From the human T2T-CHM13v2.0 reference genome, Homo sapiens: a stretch of 64,000 bases of DNA. Position 1 is the stretch's first letter; the number at the start of each line of letters is the position of its first letter. The position numbers were made by a program, and so were the translations under genes. The notes beneath the pieces were generated by a model. It saw only the letters and a list, made by a program, of their open reading frames with translations, did no database searches and was not told the origin of the DNA. The stretch lies in assembly GCF_009914755.1 (NCBI RefSeq), contig NC_060942.1; one strand, written 5' to 3'. Below are positions 54,617 through 64,000 of this stretch, piece by piece.

Positions 54617-55292
54617 TGGTCCCGTCCACCTTCTCTCCATACCTCCCTGACTTCTCTTTTCTTCACCCATCAATGTCCTTCATATCTCTCATGACAGCTT
54701 ATCAGCTCTCTCAAGGGGCCCTTCTGACATCCCACAGAACTAAGACAAGCACCTTACTCTGTGCTAAGACACCCATGCTCACCTTTATCCTTGCATGTTT
54801 CACACTGAAATAATCTGGTTACTCACACCCTACTAGACTGTAAGCTCCTTGAGGGTGGGCATTATACTCAGTCACATTAGTATAAATGCATTCATACATT
54901 CAACAAATATTCCTTAGACATCTGCCATGCCCCAGCACTGCTAGAAATTCATTCCTAATGGTTGACACAGTACTAGCCAGGAATAAGGAAGAACTAAAAT
55001 AGGTAGATTAAATTTAACGAGTATTGAAAGCATCTTAAGAATTGGTAATTTTCAAATAGTCTACTAATCTAGAATTAAACTGTTTATTTCAATTTAACAA
55101 TATTTCCTGCATGCACACCTCAATACATGCTTCAGAGAATGCAAAATAGAATATGCATTCATGCACTCTTCCCTCAAAGAGCATTAAGTCTAGTAGCGAT
55201 AAGATACAGGAATAAATAGGTATGATAGACTACAGAATATAAATGTTGTGAGAAAAGTTCAATGTCTTATGAGAATGCAGAGAAGGTTCCTT

Positions 55293-55600
55293 GGTTGGGC
55301 ACGGTAGCTCACACATGTAATCCAAGCACTTTGGGAGGCCGAGGCAGGCAGATCAGTTGAGGCAGGAGTTTGAGACCAGCCTGCCCAACATGGTGAAACC
55401 CTGTCTCTACTAAAAATACAAAAATTAGCAAGGTGTGGTGGCGCACACCTGTAGTCCCAGCTACTCAGGATGCTGAGGCAGGAGAATTCCTTGAACCCAG
55501 GAGGCAGAAGTTACAGGAAACTGAGATTGCTCCACTGCACTCCAGCCTGGGCGACAGAGTAAGTGAGACTCCATCTCCAAAAAAAAAAAAAAAAAAAAAA
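55293..55600 (+). mobile_element. Alu SINE (AluS)
   Basis: Full Alu with A tail, set within antisense L2-like sequence. Confidence 0.95.
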
Positions 55601-55811
55601 TTCTACCATCTAGAAAGTCAGGAAAGGCTTCACGGAGGAGGTGAATTTGAGATGGCCCTAGGAAGACGAATGGGATTTTGAAGGGAGGAGTGGTGATGGG
55701 GAAGGAAGGAAGAGATGGAGCACAGGTACTCAGGAGAGAGGGACAGGGTGCAGCCTTGCCAGGAGACAGGAGAGAACTGGGTTTGGTAAGAGGCTGATGT
55801 ATGTCTCCTAG

Positions 55812-56583
55812 ACATACATTTGCTGGGGCTGCCATAACAAAGTACCACACAGTGAGTGGCTTAAAGCAACAGGAATTTCTTCTCTCACATTCTGGAGGCT
55901 GGAAGTTCACAATCAAGGTGTCAGCAGGGCCACACTTCCCACAAAGGCTCCAGGGCAGAGTCCTGCCTGGCTTCTTCTGGCTTCAGGTGGTGCCCAGCAA
56001 TCCTTGGAATGGGCACCTTTGCTTGCTGCAACGTCACCCCTATCTCCACCTCCGTCTCCAATGGCCATCTTTCCTCCATGTGTCCTTGTCCAAATTTTCC
56101 TCTTCCTAAAATATCATCAGGCCAGGCGCAGTGGCTCACGTCTGTAATCCCAGCACTTTGGGAGGCCAAGGCAGGCAGATCACTTGAGGCCAGGAGTCTG
56201 AGATCAGCCTGGCCAACATGGCAAAAACCCTGTCTCTACTGAAAATATAAAACATTACCTGGGCGTGGTGGTGCATGCCTGTAATCCCAGCTACTCAGGA
56301 GGCTGAGGCATGAAAATCACTTGAACCCAGGAGGTGGAGGCTACATTGAGCCAAGATTGTGCCACCGCACTCCAGCCTGGACGACAGAGGAAGACTGTTT
56401 CAAAAAAAAAAAAAAAAATCATCAGTCATTGGATTAGGGCCACCCACTCCAACATGACCTCATCTTAACTTGATCACTCTGCTTAACTGGACCAATGTGA
56501 CCCAATCAAGTTCCAATCCATAGACTTCAGGGGGCGGGGCTTCACCAAACCTTCTTCCGGGGGACACAATTCAACCCACAGCA
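55812..56583 (-). mobile_element. MLT1C-like MaLR LTR interrupted by an Alu
   Basis: 'ggggctgccataacaaagtaccacacagtgagtggcttaaagcaacag...ggattagggccaccc...gggacacaattcaacccacagca'. Confidence 0.85.
56120..56418 (+). mobile_element. Alu SINE (AluS) inside the LTR
   Basis: Full Alu; TSD ...atcatca on both sides. Confidence 0.95.
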
Positions 56584-56746
56584 AGGAAAATCAGGAAACA
56601 AGGACCAAAAGGAAGCATGGGGCCAGACCATGCAGGACCATGAATCCTAGCAGAGGATGGTGAGGCTGATATGCAGGGAAATAGTTGCTTATGTAAAATC
56701 CAAACAGGACTGAGATCTGTCGAGCACGAAGAGCTGAATTCCTTAC

Positions 56747-57170
56747 CATCTTTATCCTGCTGCCCTTAGGCGAACGGTGGCCACAGAAGGTGCAGCATGG
56801 AAAGCGAGTGTCCTCCCACACACCCATGCTCTGGTTGTGCTTTAGGTACTTGGGGAAAGTTCCAAGGTCACCGGAGTACTCTCTGGCTCTTGGAAGTCGT
56901 ACGTTGTAATGACCCAGCAGTGGCTGCGAGAGCCGTGCTGTCTGTGTTGAGCGCAGTGGTACTGACAAGACCATGTAGACTTGATGGTGCCCCGGGCCAC
57001 CAGGGCTCAGAGATCAGGAGCCGCGCTGGATATTCACGTGGTGTCTGATTGCACAATTCCGGGAGGCCGAAGCGAGCCCTGTCTGCGAGTATTCATTCCG
57101 TGCCTTATTGCCTTCCTGCTGTGTAGCAGCTACGCGGCACTTTCCCCATCAAATCCCATGAACATTAGGC
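56747..57170 (-). other. Candidate minus-strand (lncRNA-like) exon, unverified
   Basis: Acceptor gtatttttag|G and strong donor ATG|gtaagg bracket a CpG-enriched 424-nt block. Confidence 0.2.
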
Positions 57171-60100
57171 CTAAAAATACGTATTAGGGTTTTTAAAAGT
57201 TGGGAACTGTACATACAAAATGAACCTTCATCAATTTCTAATTAGCGTTGAATCACTCATAACGGGCACTGAGGGACCCTGTTTCACTGAACAACTGTCA
57301 CTTCAGGATGCATTAAAATTTTCAGAAAAAGAAAAGCACAACTACGTAAGAACTTATTTAATGCCCCTGATGGCTTGGTAAATTTTAATAAGAATGTGCT
57401 GCATAAAGAAGTAACCCACAAAATGTATACAGCCTTTGGGAATGTAACGATATTTTCAATGCACAATATTTTACATCTCACTTCGGCCCGCCCCTCCTTG
57501 ACACACTGTTCACTTGGACAGACATAATTTTGTGCCCTAACACTGGATCTAATGCCTCGCTCACTGGCCATATAAATATGTGAGCCCCTCCAGCTCCTTT
57601 TCTGAGGAGATCTACAAATAAGTATGCAGCCGTTTCTTCCAAAAGTTTATCTGCATTGTCAAGGTGATCCCTTTAAAAGACAGACTTGAAAGGCTGGGTT
57701 GGTTGTGAGTGTAAAAGAGGGCACTGCCGCTCCAGGAAGGTGTGGTTCATCGTGGGGAGAAGGAAAGAATGAGAAGATGAATCCTCAGCTCCCAGGCCTC
57801 CACCACGGCCCAGGCTCCCCGGCGCCAGGAGGCTCCACTGGCACAGGTCTCCTCAGAGCATGGGATCCCCTCAAATCCCTCACCCAGGGTGCAGCTGGTC
57901 AGCTGCAAAATCCTTCCTCAGCACCTCCCAGGAAAACTGGGCCTAAATAGTCATGCTCCTGTGTAAGATAAATACAACTGGCTATTATTCCTGGAGCCAG
58001 AATGCCATGCGGAGTGTGGTGCAGGGCAACCAGGGGGCTGAGGGGAGCCCGCAGCCCACTACACCAGGGACTCAGAGTGATGGTGCCCTCTCAGCACCAT
58101 GAGAACCTTCACAGAGAAGTTCAGTTTATTTTTAATGGGGATTTGGTATCTGTACAATAATGACTCTAAATATGCAAGTCTCTAGAGAGACAAAGTGCCC
58201 AGGTCTCTCCCAGACCCTCCAACCACTTAGCCACCGCATTGGAAGCTCATGGGGAAGACACCTGCCTGGATTTTATCAGCAAAGCCTGACTGCCCAGCTC
58301 ACTCTGAGCAGTGTGTGCGCTGCGCCCTGGTGCAATCCCCTCTCTGCTCACTCCCACGCCCACCGCTCATCCTCACTCCTCTCCGCCTTTCCAGGGTACC
58401 AAGGAACTCAGAGGATGTTGTGATTTCTGTGAACTTAGACAGGAAAAGAGGCCCCCTCACCCTGTGTCGTCGCCTTCAATGAAGATGCTGCAGAACTCGT
58501 ACAAAAACATTCCAGGCAACCCGGCTCCTGCGACGCGTGTCGGGCACTGAGGGTGCTGGTGACATCTTGTGGTGGAGCCTGTGACAGCCACTGCTCACGC
58601 CTCCCTGACACCACACAAGCTGTCCAGGAGCATCTAGCCCTGTCGCTCCTCATACATCAGCAAGGAGGCATCTGGGATCTGAGGGCTGCTGCCAGGATCC
58701 ACCGGTGCACCCACCTGAAACTTCTTTGCCCACCTGGCCAAGCCTTGCCACTGACAGGCCTGCCAGCTCCTCTCCCAGCAAAGCCCTTGGATTGCGGGAA
58801 TGATTTGTTTGCCATTAAATCACAGTGGTACCTTTTGGTTAAATTCATACAAAAAGATTCTTGTGCAGAGTGTCTGCAGGCAGTATTTGTGAACCCTGAA
58901 CCCTGTAATGAGAGCGTTATTGAAAGCATGAGGGAAGCCAGCAGAATGATTTAGAATGTGTCCTCAGAGCAGAGTGGAAGTCCGACTTCTCGCAGGCACG
59001 GAATGATCCGGGGACAACAGGGAATTGAGGTGGGAAAGGGGTTTCCAGTACCCATTTACTTTCTGTCTCATGTTTCTTCTCAACACACATTTTATGCAAG
59101 TGATTTGGAGATTTTTCTTTAAAGCAGTGGGTTCTGGGTCTGGATACTTTCTGAGTCATTGATGCTTAGAAAAATGCAACATTATTTAATCAAAGCAAAT
59201 AGTATAATGTATTCTTTCAAAGAAACCATATTTCATGTTTGGAGCCTACCAACATACGGAACACAAATGACTGTGCTTCGCTTTGAAGACGTCCTGTCTT
59301 TTAAATCTGATTCCCTAAACACTACCCATCAGTGCTCACTATTTCCAGAGATTATTAGAGCACATTGTGTTGATTACCAACTCTACTATTCTAGCACTTG
59401 TGTAACTGTTATTTAACTTACATTTAAGGTTATCTTTCAATATGGGAAATGGGGATATTGCCATAACTGTTTTTTTCAACAGAACATATTGGAAACCAGA
59501 AAGCGTTTTCCTGCAAAGTTACACAATTAGTGATATACTAGGAACTAGTAAACCAACTCCTCCCTTTGTGCTGGGGCTGGCACCTCCCATAAATTCCAGT
59601 CCTCTCTCTCAGCAACTTGAGGGTGATCCTGTCCTGCTATTGGCAGAAGCAGACCACTCTGGATTGCAGAAGACCATGTGCATCTCAAAAGAAGGATGTG
59701 CAGAGCTCCGGAAGTGGTCCACGCTACCCTGACTGCCACGTGTTGTGGTTCAGATTGTGCACTGCACAAGTGGGCGTGGGGGAACCGTTATACCTTGGTC
59801 TATGCAAATGGCACTTCCTAATGTGGCACTGTGCCCAACCTGCACTGCCATCAACAGCAGCTTCTGGGTGTGTCTGACACTCTGAAACTCGACCTGACTG
59901 CCTGAGATGGAGCCCTCTCCCAGAAGGGGCCAGGCTGAGCCTTCTTGTTTCTATAGGGCCCTTTTGTGACCAGCCTAAGGTGCTGGCTCCCCAGCTGAGG
60001 ATAACAGAAAATTTGACAGCTGATGCCCCGAGGGACTTCTCTTTCCTACTCAAGTTTCAAAACACAGGGATTCTGAGGAAGCTTGGCTTCTTCATGCCAG

Positions 60101-60919
60101 AAAACATGTAGCTAGTACCCTCAAGTCCAGATTGCAAAATGCCAAAGTCTGTTGCGGGCTTAAGCACTGCTGTGTCCTCCTGTGCATTACACACAGCTGA
60201 GGGTGTCACCCCAAAACAGGCATTCAGTGCTTTCACAGGTATTGTTTGAAATCCTGTAGGCAAGAAACACTGGATATTAAATCGAAGGATCTGCTTTTAA
60301 CCTATTATGTGGGTATCTTATTGTCACAACACCAAATAAAGTTGAATCCACAGCTACAAAAGAAATTCCAAAAATATTCAAATATGTCGATGACTTCTAC
60401 ATGCATTCTGTTCTCACAACCTACTGTCCTGTGGTCCTGAGAGCATGCCGGCCAAAATGGTGTTGTAGCATTTTCTTTTCAGGAATGCAGTGGCCTGTGG
60501 GGTCTGCTGCACATGACTGGCTTGAGCTTTGGGACCCAGCTTGCTCTGGCACATTGACAGTAGACTCTGAAGTTAGTTGTGGTTTAATTTCTTCTTCTCC
60601 CTGGATATAAATTTATGAATAAACTGGAACTCCCCACTTGGAGAGAGGGAGCAGCACTCTAAGGGTATCTATCATGCATACAGAGAACTTCCCAGGCATT
60701 CAACTCGACATCAGCAGATAACCGTACAGATGCAGATACCTCTTGGAAACAGTCAAAAGACTACATTTTTTTAACAGAAAGGATTCAGTTAAAATGTTAG
60801 CTGAGTAATCTGCTAATAGATAATCACACAATACAAAGAAAACGTTTCAGTAAATACTTTGGATTTCTGTCTTCTGCCATAAGTTCCAAAAATGATGGCA
60901 ACTCAGAATAAAAAGGATT

Positions 60920-61030
60920 ATTTGAGGCAATGGTATCCCAAGTACCCTGATTTGATCATTACATATCATATGCTTGCATCAAAATATTAAATGTACCCCA
61001 CAAATGTGTACAACTATTATGTACCATATT
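60920..61030 (+). mobile_element. L1MA-like 3' end fragment
   Basis: 'taccctgatttgatcattacatatcatatgcttgcatcaaaatattaaatgtaccccacaaatgtgtacaactattatgta'. Confidence 0.8.
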
Positions 61031-62249
61031 TTTTCTTAAAAATGGTGTTTAATCCTAATGCACCAAAATTCTCTGTTTATTCCCAGCACATTGGTATCAC
61101 TTATGAAGCCTCTCCTCTACACAGGATTCTGTTTGGGTGTGAAAATACTGACCAAAATTGAGGCAATACAGCCATTGCTCTTAAAAAGCCTAAAATCAAG
61201 AGGAAGACAATAAACATATGAACATTTTAACTGGGACTGACAGTGAGAAGGGGGATAGCCTTGACACACAGCAACAGAAAACACCACCATGACCAAATAC
61301 AGAGGATTGCAGCCCCTCGGGGAACTGAAGCAGTAGCATCCCACCCCCTCCACTGCACTGAGACATGAATGCTCCTCCCAAGATGAGTGGAGGAAAAGAA
61401 TGGAAATAAAGACGAGGGAGGAGGAAAAGCTAAGAGAAGAGAAGCTGAACAAACATAACCAAGCTCCTTATTTGCACATCTTAAATAAAGGGCTAATCTA
61501 GGTTCCTCCTGCCAATTAAGGTAAATGCGGAAAAATCTGATTTCTGGAGTTGGATGCCGACCTCCCCCATCTCTCTACTGCTCCGTTTCGGAAAGCACAG
61601 CTAACTGAATGATAGATGGTGAAGTCACTTGGGCAGTAGCCAGGAGCTATCTCCTTCTGTTCTGAGACCTGCATCCAAATTTGAGCCTGTGAAATGGCTT
61701 GGGTGATCTTAATTTGACAGTTGTCAACATTTCAAAATCATTGCCAAGTTCAACCAAATGGAAGTCTTTGATCAGGCATGGCTTTCTGTGTATGTGTGCA
61801 TGTGAGTGTGGGTGTGTGCCTGTGTGTGTATATCAGAGAGTTGCCAATCTGAGCCCAGATAATACACCTGTGCACCCTTCTTCCGTCATATCTCATTAGC
61901 ATCTCTCTACATGATGAATTCTGTGGGAGGGTGAGAAAAAAATGGCACTTCAACATCAATAAGTTTGGTCCAAGAAGGAACAAAAAATATGCACATAAAA
62001 ATTTTGGATAATGGATTCATTTAAGCATCACAATCTGAAAATAAGTACATTATTGCACAGAATATAAAGAATATAAATGTACATAAAACAGGATATAATC
62101 ATGGACAAAACACTTCTTAGTATTATTGACTCCGTGCATACATTTTTCAGCACAAACATCTCAGCATAAGCTAAATTTCAGAACCATTTAACCAATTCAG
62201 CATCAGTAGAAAAATCATTAATAAAAGGAGATAATAATCATAAAAACAA

Positions 62250-62521
62250 GGCCTGGTGTGGTGGCTTACACCTGTAATCCTAGCACTTTGGAAGGCCAAG
62301 GGGGGTGGATTGCCTGAGGTCAGGAGTTAAGCCTGGCCCTAACATGGCGAAACCCCATCTCTACTGAAAATACAAAAATTAGCCGGACATGGTGGTGGGT
62401 GCCTGTAATCCCAGCTACTCTGGAGATTGAGGCAGGAGAATCACTTGAACCTGGGGGTGCTGAAGTTGCAGTGAGCCAAGATCACACCACTTCACCCCAG
62501 AATGGAGTGAAACTCCATCTC
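62250..62521 (+). mobile_element. AluS with internal deletions and a G-rich tail
   Basis: Alu body ends actccatctc, followed by ggcggggggaagaacaa instead of poly(A). Confidence 0.9.
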
Positions 62522-63749
62522 GGCGGGGGGAAGAACAATGAGATTTACCACATACAAGATATCTCATTTGAAAATGAAACTTTTGGCACAGTAAATATGG
62601 CATCACCTTAGGGAAGTTATTGAAATAAAAATGCAAAAATATCTAAATCCTCCATGTAGGGAATATAGCTGTGGGTTTACGAATCTTTTTTCTTTATTAT
62701 CTAAGGGGCACTCACAGAATCTAAAGGTCATTTCTATTAGTGCCAAATATCAAGAAAGCATTACTAGAAGATAAAGGATATGTTTTTGAGGCTTTCCCTT
62801 TTTTTGGTTTCAATATGTTGAAATGATTGCTTCCCAAAAAATTAAAGTCTTCATAAAAGTTGTGGATGTATAAACACAATGTTTGTTTGATAAAAATAGG
62901 TCAGAATGGCCTATTTTTGGAAGTATCTAATAAATGTTTATGGAATAAATAAATGGATGGCCAATGAATATAAACAAATCCATATAGTTCCATAAAGCAA
63001 TAAAAATGTCTTTAAAAGCTGAAATTTCTGGTTAATTCTATGGTAAAAGTATTTCCAAAACTGTCACCAGTTGAACTGTGCTAAGTTCATAAGTTATGGA
63101 GATATTGCCAATGGACTTTGACATCCTATAATCAGCTCACTGGAATAGTAACTAAGCATCAATCTCTGAAAAGGTCTAGAATCTTGTCCAATAATCCTAA
63201 TCAGAGCCTCTGAATAGCTCAGCCTCTGGAGTCAAATACTCACCTGTGATTCGTCGCGAGGTGCTTCTTATGCAGACGTGTTGACCAACATAAGGATCCA
63301 CCTGTCAAGAGACATCAAAACTTCCTCAACTGCCTTTTCCACCTGGCCTTACATGGGTGAACCTGGAGTGACCAGATGTTTTTTAGAACTGCCCCATGAC
63401 TCAAGGTAGAGTCATGCACCTCCATCTTGTGATTCTATTGCAGGGCTAATTAAGTTTTGTGAAGGAAAAAGAACTCATAAATTATTGCAATGGTTTAGAG
63501 AAAGAAGTTTCTTCATGGCCATGGATCCACGTTTCATATTGATGATGGCTATTCATTGGAGTGCCTGCAATGGTCACAGGGTTCCAAGTTTTCCATCAGC
63601 AACCAGATATGACTGCCCCAAATAGTCAATGAACTCCAGAAAGTATAGAGATGATTGTACCCGTGATAAAAGTTTTGCATGTTAGAAATGGAAGGAATTA
63701 TTAGTAATCCTAAACATTTGTATGCCAATATTTTTGGGGGGGTTGATTA

Positions 63750-63803
63750 AACTTTTTATTTTGAGATAATTGTAGATTTGCATGCAGTTGTAAGAAATAA
63801 TAC
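63750..63803 (-). mobile_element. L1MC-like 3' end fragment
   Basis: 'tttttattttgagataattgtagatttgcatgcagttgtaagaaataataca'. Confidence 0.7.
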
Positions 63804-63805
63804 AT

Positions 63806-64000
63806 AAATCCAGCACTTTGGGATGCCAAGGTGGGCAGATTACCTGAGGTTAGGAGTTCAAGACCAGCCTGGCCAACATCATGAAACCCCGTCTCTACTA
63901 AAAATACAAAAATTAGCTGGATGTGGTGTTGCATCCCTGTAATCCCAGCTACTTGGGAGGTTGAGGCAGGAGAATCACTTGAATCCAGGAGGCAGAAGTT
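63806..64000 (+). mobile_element. 5'-truncated AluS running off the window end
   Basis: Begins at 'atccagcactttggga'; Alu left monomer and linker. Confidence 0.93.

Larger units (their letters stand above)
53400..54880 (+). mobile_element. L2 fragments, interrupted by a CA repeat and MER33
   Basis: 'cagttgaccacacccttcttcttgaaac', 'ctggactgttgcagtagcctc', 3' end 'ctagactgtaagctccttgagggtggg'. Confidence 0.7.

Overview
Human genomic DNA; a consensus-matching, human-specific AluYb8 at 44.3-44.65 kb supports the species call. The window reads as non-coding (a large intron or intergenic region). I cannot recognise any protein-coding gene and cannot name the locus. The long ORFs in the track come from microsatellites, Alu or L1 fragments. 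Repeats include about 12 Alus, a near-full-length ancient L1 (19.8-28.5 kb) with several younger elements nested in it, a second nested L1/L2/LTR/Alu cluster (28.5-33.2 kb), MaLR LTRs, MIRs, hAT and mariner MITEs, and an ~850 bp purine-pyrimidine VNTR. The repeat-poor stretches (about 33-50 kb and 56.6-60 kb) look regulatory. The best leads are a ~280 bp non-TE direct duplication at 96% identity, a 72 bp internal L1 ORF2 fragment inside a promoter-like ETS/NRF1/CCAAT element, a candidate 63-nt frame-preserving exon with downstream RBFOX motifs, and several template-switch-like micro-duplications. I found no evidence for a new multi-gene system. Repeat subfamily names come from recalled consensus diagnostics and need RepeatMasker/Dfam confirmation; boundaries of the old repeats are approximate.
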